Assembly: GCF_009914755.1 (NCBI RefSeq)
Contig: NC_060931.1
From: the human T2T-CHM13v2.0 reference genome, Homo sapiens
DNA length: 64,000 bases
Reading direction: 5' to 3' (one strand)
Shown: one piece after another, positions 45,571-59,297 of the stretch
How the letters are laid out: every line of letters begins with the position of its first letter
How positions within the stretch are numbered: the first letter of the stretch is position 1
Program-made: the position numbers and the translations under genes
The notes under the pieces: generated by a model
The model's database searches: none
What the model was told of the DNA's origin: nothing
The model's input: only the letters and a program-made list of their open reading frames with translations

Positions 45571-46572
45571 AGGTAGGAAACTGTAAGTCACTGAAATTTC
45601 AGATTGTTATCAGAACATAACTTAATCTATCCAAACTGACACAATAACTAAACCAAAAACCTAATCAAATGCATTATAATCTCTCTAAAGAAAAAATATC
45701 CATCATTGAAAGATGAGTAGTCTGCATGAGGTAAAGACCAGAAAACGACTTCCAAACTGGGCTCCTAGCCATAACTGCTAAGAGGAGAGCGGTCCTTAAA
45801 ATCAGACACCATATTCCTGAAAAGGACATGTTTCAAGTTATTACGACAAGGTAACACTAATCACTTAGATAATCTCTTTGCCCTGGTTCCACACTTAACC
45901 ATAATTTCAACTTATCAATTAATATTCCCCTTCTGAATGGCTTTTTGTCTGACTACAGTGTTTTTGCTTAAAAAAAAAAAAAACAAAACTGAATATGTAA
46001 AACCCCCTAAAATTTAATAATCAGAATTTAACTTGGCTCCATTATTATATACTTTGCAAAAATCTATTATCCTATACTCACTAAAATTAGTAAGACCATT
46101 TTATTTACTTTTGTCCTCAAACTTTCATCTATGCTGCTTTGTATCTTTACTTTTTAAATTTTAAATCTATAAATTTAAATTATAGAATTTTAAAAATTTA
46201 ATTCTGTAATTACTTACATTAATTCAACTTGACTGAAATGTGTAATATCAACATTTTTTAATAATTTTCTTAAATTCTAAATAATTTTTCAGTACTTAAA
46301 ATGGGTCATGAAAAACTGAACTATGAACAGTGCTGACACAGGTACAGAGCCTTTTTTTTTTTTTTTTTTAAATAAAATCCTTTATCACTTTTCCTCTTAC
46401 CCTTTTTTATTTTGGGATTTTTATGGATGAGAAATTAATGACAATAAAGACTCCATCTATTTTGGGTTGCTGTTTAAAAAAAAACTCAGCTAATTGGCTA
46501 TGACAGAAGGTGTTATTTCACTGCTGTTCTGGTGGAAACAGACAAAAATGTGTTAATCTTAAGGTATGTTTA

Positions 46573-46625
46573 CAGCTGATTAGTTCAGAGGGATAGTGTT
46601 AATGAGGCCAAGGTCATGGAATGCT
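46573..46625 (+). mobile_element. tRNA-Ile-derived ancient SINE head (MamSINE1-like)
   Basis: GCTGATTAGTTCAG...TAGTGTTAATGAGGCCAAGGTCATGG. Confidence 0.45.
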
Positions 46626-47183
46626 ATTTTTTTATAGACTGCTAACCATCTTATACTTCACAGTTATAATCTCTGAATCCCAAGTATCATCTCTGTATGA
46701 CAGCCCAGTCTTAATCCACAAAGCTATTCAGCAACACAAAAAGCTATTGTGTTCTTCCAAAGACCAAAATCATCAGGATCTATGAAATTTAAGATTAAAT
46801 AGAGCCCCCAAGAAAATAAGAAACACAAGGGCTGGTAATTGGTACTGTATGAGTTACAGTAAAGAAAATGAGATTTATAAAATCAAAAGATATAAGCGCA
46901 ACATGGTACTTAACCCAAGTATATGGTAAATGAAGATTTCAACACTCTTAATATGCTTTACAAGTCTAGTCTGATTATTCGTACAGATGTCATAATCACA
47001 ATATAAATATACATCTTAATGTAGTGACTAAAAAAATGAAGATACATTAGCACAAATATGAGAGCTGCTCATCCAAAAAAATGTAGTAATTATACAATAA
47101 CCTCTCACAGTTCCAAAATAAAAATTTTGTAAGTGCAGAAATACAAACATCTTATTTGAGATTGGCAGCAAACCTTAACAGTT

Positions 47184-47322
47184 TAATACTTTGATATTCC
47201 CATTTGAATGGCAATAATACTTTGATATTCCCATTTCAATATCAAATTCCCATTTGAATATCAAATTTATAATTCCCATTTGAATATCAAATGGGAATAA
47301 CAAAGTATTCCCATTTGAATAT
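47184..47322. repeat. Patchwork direct/inverted repeat of ATTCCCATTTGAAT
   Basis: Five direct copies and one inverted copy within ~140 nt. Confidence 0.9.
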
Positions 47323-47396
47323 GCTAGTTTAATCTTTCAAACAACAAAAACTATTCTCCTGCATATCATTTGCCAAAACAATGTTTTAAGGTTTAC

Positions 47397-47508
47397 CTAT
47401 GCTGTAATCAGGGAAATATAAGACAAACGGCTCAAAGCATCCAGTATTTGGACGAAACTTTTCCCAAACAATTTCACTGAGAAAGAGAACAGTCACATTT
47501 CTGTCAGC
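47397..47508 (-). CDS. ORC5: ORC5 exon 5 ([38 protein letters not shown])
   Basis: 112 nt, ttttacag|GCT and ATAG|gtaaac; ends phase 1. Confidence 0.97.
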
Positions 47509-47696
47509 CTGTAAAAAGAAAGAAATAAAAGTAACTTTGCATTTAAAAATCTTAATCGGAGCAGTATTTCCATTTGGATTTTTCTTTCAAATACATCCCC
47601 CCAGAGTTCTAACCTATAACAAATTATTTGCATATTAATAAACCATATTTAGAAAACCTAATCAAGGAGCTCATTCGTTTGCAAACTGTCACACAT

Positions 47697-47987
<291 letters not shown>

Positions 47988-49327
47988 TAGCATGCCCTAA
48001 TCACATTCCTAATAACAAATTATTGAATTGTTTTTGCTATAAAAATATGATTATCTAAAAGCATTTTATAAAATCAGTTTAAATATATTGAGAGGCTTAA
48101 AAGAAGAAGATATTTATTGGGCAGAAAGATTTTAAATTGGTAATGTTCTCATCTATTCATCTGATAAGTACTTTCAGTATACATGATATCCACCATATTT
48201 TAAACTTCCCTTTACTTAGATAAATACTTAACATAAAAAAATGAGAAATGCTTTTGCCAGATTTCTCTTAAATGAAATACATTTTTAAAAATCAAGCATG
48301 TTTGCAGAAATGTCAAAGCAATTCTCTTTTCCAGTTCAGCTGAGATTACTCTAAATCTTTTAATTTTCTTCAAACAGTTTCTGTAATTGAAACTAAAAAA
48401 CGGTGAAAAGTCCTAATTGTTGTGAAGGGATGCATGATCACCATTACTGGGCATAAGGAGGAAAAAACAGGGTGATCTACACTGAAAAGGCAAGAAGACA
48501 ATACTGCACTCTGGATACCAGATGGTGAGTTCTAGAGCAAAGCAACAGGAAATAGTGGATGAGTATGCGAAAACCCACAAATACAAATGAAACAAATAAA
48601 TAAAAGGAAAGGAAATAGGAAATGAGTAGACATCTACTCAAAGAAGATAGATCTTGAGTCTCAGTAATAAAATGTCAAGAGTTAATGAAACAAAGAAAAG
48701 CAAGACTGTGTGAGGTTAACTTCCAGAATAGGCCACCAATAGCTACACTTATTATCCTGTCCTCTCTATACCTCTCGTCCCTCAACTATTACTAAAAGTA
48801 AACTTCAGGAGTCAGCCTTGGGCACACAGTAATTTCAGTGGCCTCTCTAAACTTCCAGCAGATTCTCAAATTTGAGTAATGTATTTAACTTTGAAAGGCA
48901 GAAATGCTTTAAGCACTTCTCCCCAAGTATTTACTTTATTATAATATTACTTAATACTTTAATACATACAAACATAAAATTAGGTAGGTATAAACTGCTT
49001 ATACTCAAAGCACTTACAAAATTATAAAACCAAAATAAATTTATAAATACGAACTATAAAACCAATAAAATTGAAATTAATATTAACTGAATATATTGAA
49101 TAGTATTGTTTTGCTCAAACTAAATCTTTATTCCCTTTATGAATACGGTGAATATGGTTTCACCTGGAAACAACCACAGCTATTTCCCTCACCAATTTTC
49201 CTTATTCAAACTATTACAAAACCCTGTTTCATCTGTGATATTATTTGGCTTTCACCTGACACAAATGCCTAGTAAGTCCGCCCCTGTCCTTTTCTTATTG
49301 GGCCATGACATTCACAGTAGAATTAAT

Positions 49328-49526
49328 TAGTAACCCTTCGCTTAATATTGTTGATAGGTTCTGGGAAACTGTGACTTTAAGTGCAACATATAATGAAACC
49401 AATTTTTTTTCCTCAACAATGTTATAATGAAATGATGCTGAAGGTAAGGAAGAACCTGCTGTAGGCTAGTTCACTTAAAGTTGCAATTTCCAAGAATCTA
49501 CTGAGATGTTAAGTGAGGACTTACTG
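49328..49526 (+). mobile_element. MER6-like Tigger element
   Basis: GATAGGTTCTGGGAAACTGTGACTTTAAG...GTTAAGTGAGGACTTACTG-TA. Confidence 0.7.
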
Positions 49527-49978
49527 TACTTTGTGAAGCCAACACAAGAGTAAACTGAAATACAAAAGTAAACTCTGACACTGAGTGATTATAAGGTAGA
49601 AATCCAGATGATCCAGAATAGCCATGCTATTCTTATTTTAGATTATCCTTATTTTGAAATGCAAAGAAAATTTTAAAATCCTTGAGATTTTAAAGTCTGG
49701 CCCTCTGCCATTTATTCTAGCAACATCTAAAACTTTTAATAGAAAGCAGTGACTTCATAATTACAGAGAAAAAGCTAAAATAATTGAAGAATAAATGCTA
49801 TCAAATCACCAACTGATTTTACTATGAAAAAAACACTGAGCTTTACTGATAAAAGAAATGCAAACTAAAATTATATTAAAATACTAATTCTCACCTATCA
49901 AATAGCAAAATGAAAAACTTTTACACCACAATCCATTGATTAAGTTGTGGGGAGAAAGCACTTTCTCACATTACTTAC

Positions 49979-50053
49979 CAATTCTTGTAATCTAAGAAAT
50001 CCAGGCAAAAGATTTGCTTCCATATCTCTTAGATACTCTGCTTTATCTAGAAC
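49979..50053 (-). CDS. ORC5: ORC5 exon 4 ([25 protein letters not shown]), degenerate Walker B region
   Basis: 75 nt, tttaaag|GTT and TTG|gtaagt. Confidence 0.98.
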
Positions 50054-50110
50054 CTTTAAAAAACAAAAAAACAAAACAAAAAGAAATGCATTTACAAAGC
50101 CTTTACAAAA

Positions 50111-52401
50111 TGACATGATTTGACTATGTCCCCCAAAGTTCATGTGTTGGAACTTAATCCCCAGTGTGGCAGTATTGGGAAGAGAAGCTGCATAAAAGAT
50201 GATTAAGTCATAAGGGCTCTGTCCTCATGAATGAATTAATATTGTTATCAAGGGAGTGGGTTATTGAGAGAATGGCTTTATTATAAAAGGGACTTCTGCC
50301 ACCTCTTGCTCTCACTCTCATCCTCTCTTGTACTTCTACTTTCATCATGAGAGGAGGCAGCAAGAAAGCCCTTGCCAGATGCAGGGACCTCAACCTTTGA
50401 CTTCCTAACCTCCACAACTGTGAGAAATAAATGTCTTTTCTTTATAAATTACCCAGTCCTTGGTAGTCTGTTATAGCAACTGAGTAATAGGCAGAGGTTG
50501 GAACAGGATGGAGGGCTCAGAAGACAGGAAGAAATGGGAAAGTTTGCAACTTCCTAGAGACTTGTTAGATGGCTTTGACCAAAATGTTGATAGTGATATG
50601 GACAATGAAGTACAGACTGAGGTGGTCATAGATGGACATGAGGAACTAATTGGGGACAGGGAATAAAAGTGACTCTTGCTATGCTCTAGCAAAGAGAAGG
50701 GTGGCATTTTGCCCCTGCCCTAGAGATCTGTGGAACTTTGAACTTGAGAAAGATGATTTAGGGTATCTGGTGGAAGAAATTTCTAAGCAGCAAAGCATTC
50801 AACAGGTGACCTGGCTGATTCTGAAAGCATTCAGTCATATGCATTCACAAAGAGATTATCTAAAACTGGAACTTACATTTAAAAGGGAAGCAGAGCATAA
50901 AACTTTGGAAAATCTGTGGCCAGACCATGAGGTAGAAAAGAAAAAACCCATTTTCTGGGGAGAAATTCAAGCCAGCTGCAGAAATGTGCATAAGTAACAA
51001 GGAGCCAAATGTTAACAGCCAAGACAACGGGGAAAATGTCTCCAAGGTCTTCACGTGGCAGCCCATCCCATTACAGGCCCAGAGGCCTAAGAGGGAAAAA
51101 TGGTTTTGTGGGCCAGGGCCTTGCTGCTTTGTGCAGTCTCGGAACTTGGTGTCCTGCATCCCCACTCATGGCTAAAAGGGGCCAGCGTATAGCTCAGGCT
51201 GTTGCTTCAGAGAGTGCAAGCCCCAAGCCTTGGCGGCTTACATGTGGGGCCTGCAGGTGCACAGCAATCAAGAATTAACGTTTGGGAACCTCTGCCTAGA
51301 TTTCAGAGGATGTACAGAAATGCCTGGATGTCCAGGCAGAAGTTGGCTGTAGGTGCAGGGCCCTCATGGAGAACCTCTACTAGGGCAGTACAGAAGGGGA
51401 ATGTGGGGTTGGACCCCCCCTACAGAGTCCCCACTGGGGCACTGCCTAGTGGAGCTATGAGAAGAGGGCCACCATCCTCCAGACCCCAGAATGGCAGATT
51501 CAACAGCTTGCACTGTGTGCATGGAAAAGCCACAGATACTCAACGCCAGCCTGTGAAAACAGCAGAGAGGGCAACTGTACCCCGCAAAGCCACAGAGGTG
51601 GAGCTGCACGAGGCCATGGGAGCCCACTCTTGCATCAGTGGGCTGGATGTGAGGCATGGAGCCACAGAGGTCGAGCTGCATGAGGCTGTGGGAGCCCACT
51701 CTTGCATCAGTGGGCTGGATGTGAGGCATGGAGTCAAAGGAGATCATTTTGGAACTTTAAAGTTTAATGACTGCCTTATTGGATTGCAGACTTTCTTGGG
51801 GCCTACAGCCCCTTTGTTTGGGCCAATTTCTCCCATTTGAAAAGGCTGTATTTACCCATTGCCTGTATCTCCATTGTATCTAGAAAGTAACTAACTTACT
51901 TTTGATTTTATAGGCTCATAGATGGAAGGGACTTGCCTTATCTCAGATGAGACTTTGGACTTGGACTTTTGGGCTAATTAAGCTGGAATGAGTTAAGACT
52001 TTGGGGGACTATTGGGAAGCCACAGTTGACTTTGAAATGTGAAACCGACATGAGATTTGGGAGAGGCCAAGTGTGGAATGGTGTGGTCAGGCTTTGTGTC
52101 CCCATCCAAATCTCATCTTAACTTGTAATCTCCATAATCTCCATGTGTCAAGGGAGAGACCAGGTGGAGGTAAATGAATCTTGGGGGTGGTTCCCCCATG
52201 CTGTTCTTGTGATAGTGAGCTCACATCTGATCTGACGATTTTATAAGGAGCTTCTCCTTCCTTCTACTTTGTGAAGCAGGTGCCTTGCTTCCCCTTTGCC
52301 TTCTGCTGATTATAAGTTTCCTGAGGCCTCCCCAGCCACGCTGAACTGTAAGTCAATTAAATCTCTTTCCTTTATAAACTATCCAGTCTTGGGTAGTTCT
52401 T
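50111..52401 (+). mobile_element. Composite MaLR: MSTC/D-type LTR (50111-50480), THE1/MST internal (50481-52078) and THE1D-type LTR (52079-52401)
   Basis: Typical MaLR internal sequence and polypurine tract before the 3' LTR; the two LTRs differ in subfamily. Confidence 0.85.
51589..51732 (+). repeat. 72-bp tandem duplication in the MaLR internal region
   Basis: Units 51589-51660 and 51661-51732, 4 mismatches. Confidence 0.95.
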
Positions 52402-53012
52402 ATCCAATTCCAAAGATGATCATTTTAACATGTCTTCAGAGTAACCAGGCATATTTGTTGCTCTAAAGTCTTTACTATCTCCTATCCACTCCCTAAGAAA
52501 TTAAATGAAGTGCTTTAGTATAGTTTTCTAGACCTTCCACAATCTGCCCAACCTATCTTCCAGTCTTCTTTTTCTCCCGTCATACTTTATAACCCACTAA
52601 AACTAGACTATTTGGTACTCTCTGGCCTCCATTTTCAGCTGCATGCCTTTACTTATATAATTCTATCTGAAATTCCTCTACTTCAATTTCTTCCTAGAAT
52701 ACTCTGATTCATTTAGGTCTGTCTCAAATGCTAATACCTCATGAAGCTGTATTGGACACACACAGTCAATATTTTGCATCTGGTGACAATCACTTATCAC
52801 ATTCTGCATGTAGTCGTATGTATGTGTCATACCTTTTCTATTAAATGAAGCTTCCCTTGGATAAGGAATATATTTAATACATTTCTGTATACTAAAAGCA
52901 CCTGGCACAGAGCACTGTACATAATGAGACTCAAAACAAATATATGAAAATTGATCTAATAAATTATCAGTTTTCAAGATAAGAGATGATCTAATCAAAT
53001 GAAATTACTTAC

Positions 53013-53213
53013 AATATATACAGTCTGATCTTTAAGATTTTCAGCTGTGGTTACTTGTTTAAACAAGCGAACAAAGTCATTAAATGTTTCACAGGTTATT
53101 TCAGTAGAACATCCATCCTCTGAAGAACTAAGATGATTCAATTTGTTTAAAATTTGTTCCAAAAGCAGCCTCAATGTAAAGCATTCAACACAATTCACAA
53201 ACACATGTGGGAG
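53013..53213 (-). CDS. ORC5: ORC5 exon 3 ([11 protein letters not shown]...LKDQTVYI)
   Basis: 201 nt, ttttcag|CTC and ATT|gtaagt; contained in track ORF 52995..53264. Confidence 0.98.
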
Positions 53214-53273
53214 CTGAAAACGAAAACCAAAACACTGTAAGTAAAGAAGAAAACACACAAACACAATAATGGC

Positions 53274-53735
53274 TGTGCTGGATAGTCTCCATTTGCCTTT
53301 CTAAATCTATATCCCACCAAACCCACCCCATGCCCCAAGAGCCTGACAGCTACAGAATTACATCACCTGGACTCTCTTATTTTCTGTCTCTGGATGGAGA
53401 AGCCAATGGAAAGAACCAGCAGGAGACTAAGGGAGAATGGTGGGAGAGAAGTTTGGATATTGATTTCCTTGACTCCCACCATGACCCCTCAGTGGCCCTA
53501 GCTTGGCAGTGGATACTCTTCTACCAAAGATCAAGTTGGACAGCCCCTCTTCTAAGGCTACACCTCTTGTTTGGTTCCAATAACAGCTCCTTTCTATGGT
53601 CCCTTCAGGCCTGGAGGTGGTAAAGGCCCTGGTGTACCATCATCCCTTAGTGATTCCCATAAAATTTCCATTATAAAACTGTCCCTTCATTAAACTCACT
53701 TCAATTATTTCTTTCAGCTTGCCATTTCTTTCTTA
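53274..53735 (+). mobile_element. LTR33-like ERVL LTR next to the exon 3 acceptor
   Basis: AGCCAATGGAAAGAACCAGCAGGAGA and CCCTTCATTAAACTC motifs. Confidence 0.6.
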
Positions 53736-53788
53736 TGGAAATTCAAAGCAAATTTGTATTTTCCTATAAAGAATTCTTATAAAGAAAT

Positions 53789-53907
53789 CAGCCAGGCATG
53801 GTGGATCATGTCTGTAATCCCAAGGCTTTGGGTCAGGAGTTCCAGACCAGCCTGGGCAACATAGCGAGACCCTGTCACTATTAAAAAAAAAAAAAAAAGA
53901 AAAGAAA
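53789..53907 (+). mobile_element. FLAM with an internal deletion
   Basis: Single monomer with poly-A. Confidence 0.8.
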
Positions 53908-54068
53908 TCTAAGCATATTTGAATGTTAAAAATCTTAATAGGAATTTCACACTTATAACTTTAATATAATATCCTTGAATAAACGTTTACTAAGTCAAAA
54001 AAAAAAAAGAATTTTAAGAGTTAGAAACCATAGCAATCCTCCTACGAGGACTGTAAGCACTAGCTCTT

Positions 54069-54368
54069 TGCTAGGCATATGGCTCCTGCCTGTAATCCCA
54101 GTGCTTTAGGATGGGTGGGAGGATCATTTGACCCCTGGAGTTCAAGATCAGCCTGGGAAACACAGTGAGACTCTGTCTTTAAAAAAGTAAAAAAAATTAG
54201 ACAGGCCTGGTGGTGCACATCTATAGTCCCAGCTACTTGGGAGGCTGAGGTGGAAGTATCACTTGAGCCCAGGAATTCATGGCTGCAATGAGCTATGATC
54301 ATAACACTGCACTCCAACCTGGGCAATAGAGCAAGACCCCATTTAAAAACAAAACAAAACAAAAAAAA
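54069..54368 (+). mobile_element. AluJ
   Basis: Diverged dimer with (AAAAC)n tail. Confidence 0.88.
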
Positions 54369-55489
54369 CTAGCCCTTCATTTAAAAAACTATCAAAATAT
54401 CAACATGAGTTAACTCCAGAAGTAATAAGGTCACAAACGAGACTTGCTCACCAATACAGTCTATCCTCAAAATAAGATCACAAAAGCAGATTCATTCTGA
54501 GGAAGATAACTTGTGGCACTTGGCACAAATAATGGAACTGGTAACTATTTTTAGTGATTTTATAAACTTTATCCAATAAGGAGGCTTTTCTTTCTCTGAA
54601 TAACAGTGTCACTAAAGCCACATTAAACTTACTTGGGGACAGTTTCACCAGCATTTGCTAACTCACTTCTCTCTCACTCCTTTACTGTCCTTTAAGAACA
54701 AAAGTCCACAACATCTCTGTTATGAATAGTGTCTTGCTTACGGCATTTGTACCATCCATGACTTTTAAAGGCAGCATATTCTAAGTGCCTGTCTGAGTCC
54801 CTGTATCAGAAGTAGTAACAATAATCATATATTACACTGATTAAGTAACAGCAGAAACTACAGTGTGATAAAAAATGGAATACAGTCCTTAAATATGAAA
54901 CTTCCTTACTGGGTTTTATTGCTTTTATTCAACATATATTTTGGGGGCACTTCATTCAGGGGGTTCTGAAATGCAAATGCCTGGACCAAGACCTTGTACA
55001 CTCAGATTCTGAAGTCCAGTATATAGCCCAGGCATATGTGTTTTTTAAAATGCACAGCTGATCTTTGAGATCAAAAGCTGAAATCTACAACTTAATAAGC
55101 TGAAATCCACAAGTTAATACATGCCAAGTAATGTGCTTGGTGCTGGGGATAATTTCAAGAAACTCACAATCTAAAGTCAGGGAAACATAAACACAAAATC
55201 ATAGCTGAGAAGGCTAAATATTATGACAGAATTAAGCACAGGGTGCTAAGGTTGCAAAACAGGGGGGCATCTGATACAGCCTAGAGGATCAGGAAAGACC
55301 TTGTAGAGTATAAGTAGAAGAAAACCTGGCAAAATAAATAAGCATTTGCCAAGCAACAGGAAGAGCGAGTACAGGAAAGCCATTCCAAGTAGGGGAGCAA
55401 CATGTGCCATGGCTTGAAAGTAAGACAGCAGGAACTGTACACAGTTCAGTATGCTATCCTAAACGTGCATCCTCAGTGCTAGAGGAGGA

Positions 55490-55700
55490 CGGGGTTAGCA
55501 AGCCAAAGCCTGTGGGCTAGCCACCTGTTTTTGTACATACTGTTGCTTTGAAACACAGTCATGCCCATTCACATAGAGAATGCCCATGGCTGCTTTCACA
55601 ATACAGTAGAGTCAAGCAGGTGAGACAGAAACTACGTGGTCCACAAGCACAAAATGTTCGTTATCCGGCCCTTAAGAAAAAGACTGCCCATCTCTGGTTT
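55490..55700 (+). mobile_element. MER58A-like hAT element
   Basis: GGGGTTAGCAA...GAAACACAGTCATGCCCATTC...TATCCGGCCCTT. Confidence 0.65.
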
Positions 55701-56397
55701 AGGATATGAAAGGGAGTATGGCAATACTCATCAATAATAGCAGCTAACCTTTATTGAGTGCTTACTACGCACTATGTACTGCAGAAAGCACTTTCCATGT
55801 GCTAACATTTAATTCTCTTAATCCCAAATGTTGTCACTATGAGCCAACTTTGCAGATGGAGAAAGCACTAACTGGTGAATCCAAAAAGGAACATGAGTCT
55901 GCCAGACTCCACAGCCCAAACTCTTAACCACTGTGTTATGAAAGATAAATTCAGCTCATGAAAGGTCTTATACAATGGGCGAATTACTTGAACACTGTCC
56001 TGAAAATATTAAGATTTGCATGGCCTAGCTGCTGGGTGAAGATTGCAAATAAGAGGCTTACAGAAATACATGGAAAAAAAACAATGGTAAATGAAAATCC
56101 TAGCAGCAATGGCTAGGATTAAAGGTAGATGGAGACATGATTTTAACAATGTGAAGCAACAGACTAAGTTTATTGATGTGATTTACTAAATGAGGGAAGA
56201 TGAGGAAAGAGTTAAGAAAGTGCAAGTTTGGACAACTGTGTCAATGACAGTAGACCATTCATGGAGAAAGATAATATGGGAAGGAGAGTAATGTAAAGGT
56301 GGTATGTTCAATTTTGCATTTGTGGAGATTCACAATTATCAGTACCAATATTATACACTAAAAAGGGCAAAGAAATATTTAATATTTTTATTCTTAC

Positions 56398-56490
56398 CTC
56401 TAAAGTTTTCAACAACGTTTGTGTTACATAGGTCTTTCCACTAGCAGTATGTCCATAAATAAAAATGGATGGAAAGCTGAAATGATGTCT
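56398..56490 (-). CDS. ORC5: ORC5 exon 2 ([31 protein letters not shown]) with AAA+ Walker A GHTASGKT
   Basis: 93 nt, acceptor ctcgttag|AGA, donor GAG|gtaaga; Walker A at ~56431-56454. Confidence 0.98.
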
Positions 56491-57261
56491 CTAACGAGAG
56501 AAAAGACAAATATGAGGCTGCACATACAAAATAGAAAATAAACACTTATCAACTTGTGAGAAAGTTGTACGTGGAAAAGTGAAATATTCAATCCAAATTC
56601 CTAACAATGAGCATATTGTGGATGCATCAACACACTTTGAACCTACTTGAATTCAACTCTAAGCACTTTCTTTGTTATGAAATTAAAATGTATGTAACAT
56701 ATTTGGCATATTTTATTATGTACTATATATTTATATTTTTATTATCGTACAGGTTTACATATACAAACTAGTATTTTCAACTTCATAGCAGATTTAAGAG
56801 ATTTTTCAAGGATAATTTTGTTCATACTCCATTTTTATATTACTCCTTCTTAAAGACTCTTATCTCCTGCGATGCCACAACTTCACTATACATTTTAATG
56901 CTATGAAATAAAGTACATATAATCAAAAGATTAAAAGGAATTTCAAGGGTCCTCATTCTTAGGAAAACTTATAGACTACTTCTGAACTATGCATACTCAC
57001 TGATGCTGGCATAAATGCATACATTAGATCACATAAAACACTAATAAAATCTGCATAGCATTTATTTTAAAATACATATGTGCAAGATCCTCTTGCAGTA
57101 CATTAGGTTAGCAGCTTAGAGAAAAGTAAATATTGTCAAAGGTCTCTCTGGTCTAGTTAATACTACAAATACTTGTACTTCATTCCTTAAATGAACGCTT
57201 TCATTAGATACCTACTAAATGCTGAAAACCATGAGGTACTGAAGAGAACAAATAACAGTAA

Positions 57262-57645
<384 letters not shown>

Positions 57646-57992
57646 TATTTTTTAATAATACATTTTTTTAAATAATTACAAGAAAATGGGATTATGCAAT
57701 TTCTATCAGAAAGTTAAGTCTCTATTAATTATCATCGATTACAGCAACAGTCACAAACATTTATTACATTCAAGTCACTAAGTTAAACATTTCCTTTTAC
57801 AAGACAAATCAGGAACTCAGATTTACGCAGGAAAAAGACTTTCTAAATGGCATACAGCTATGGCAAAAGCAGCTCAACTGCTAAAAATAGACTAAAAATT
57901 TACTTGAAATGAATAGGTAATGTAATACATGAATCTTTTTCTGAAGTTTATATGTAACAATCATAAATTAACTGGCCCAAAAATTCTGTCTC

Positions 57993-58284
57993 AGCAGGAT
58001 GCAGTGGCTCAAGCCTGTCATCCCAACACTTTGGGAGGCCAAGGCAGGCAGATCACTTGAGTTCAGGAGTTCGCCTGGGAAATACAGTGAAACCCCATCT
58101 CTACAAAAAACACAAAAATAGCCAGGCTTGGAGGCAAACACCTGTGGTCCCAGCTACTCGGAGGCTGAGGTGGGCGGACTGCTTGAGCCTGGGAGGCAGA
58201 GACTGCAGTGAGCCAAGATCATGCCACTGCACTCCAGCCTGGGAAAGAAAGCCAAACCCTGTCTCAAAAAACAAAAACAAAAAA
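57993..58284 (+). mobile_element. AluJ/S
   Basis: Full dimer; TSD AAAAATTCTGTCTC. Confidence 0.9.
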
Positions 58285-58962
58285 TTCTGTCTCAAGAATT
58301 AAATGCATGTTGCTGAGTATCTCTGCTATCCATTACATGTTGTTGCCTAATAATACCTTAAACATCTTTTCTATTGTGACCTAGAATTATATTGAACTGT
58401 TCCACTGTTATTTAACCTTTCACCTTCATAAATCTCGCTAACATAAACTGCAATAAGCTAGTGCCTGACACAGAAAAGGTGCTCGGTAAATATTTATTTA
58501 TTGAACAAATAAATGAGTATTCTTAGAAACATGAACCAATTTTTTATATTTCTTTGCTATAGTTGTTTGTATTTCCCACATGCACAGCACCTTGCAGAAA
58601 ACTGATATTAAAATATTGTTAAACATAATTTTCATTAAAAGCAAAGGTCAAAAACTCTTCTGTGATCCACCACTAAGTTTACTCATCCCTATTTGCCAAT
58701 TTGCTCTTTCAGCAGGAACATTTCTGGCTGGAGTGATCTGCGTTCCATAGATGAAATGCAGAGAACATAATCAAGAAAATGCTCCAGTAATAATATAACT
58801 ATAATTGAAAGCAGTATAAATAGAAAATTAATTGAAGATGCAGTTGTTGACCTCTAACTTCCCTAAATAATGCACCCCTTTAGACAGAGGGTAGTACTTT
58901 TCCACTAATGCTTCACAGGCCACCTCAAATTGCCATGCAATATTTCTAGTTGGATGAAAGTA

Positions 58963-59297
58963 CAGTCACGTGTACATTCAAAGATGGACCACATATACAA
59001 CAGTGATCTCATAAGATTATAATACCCTATTTTCACTGTACCTTTTCTATGTTTAGATACTTTTAGATGCAGACTTATCACTGTGTTACAACTGCCTACA
59101 GTATTCAGTATAGTAGCACCGCTGTAGAGGTTTATAGCCTAGGAGGAACAGGCTACACCATACAGCCTAGGTGTATAGCAGGCTACACCATCTAGGTTTG
59201 TGTAAATACACTTTCTGATATTCACAGGGATTAAATTGCCTAACGATGCATTTCTCAGGACGTATCCCCCTCACTAAGTGGCAGCAACGCATGACTG
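58963..59297 (+). mobile_element. Tigger3a (Golem) DNA transposon
   Basis: TA-CAGTCA...CATGACTG-TA termini; typical internal AGGCTACACCAT repeat. Confidence 0.8.

Noticed and set aside
46573-46640. Functional tRNA-Ile gene
   Set aside because: D-arm is partly deleted and the T-arm/B-box is missing; better explained as a decayed tRNA-derived SINE.
47184-47322. CRISPR-like repeat array
   Set aside because: Human intron, no unique spacers of regular length, no cas genes; the repeats are contiguous and partly inverted.
51202-51840. 212-aa plus-strand ORF as a novel gene
   Set aside because: Lies wholly in MaLR internal sequence, starts at a non-ATG codon and is lengthened by a 72-bp duplication.
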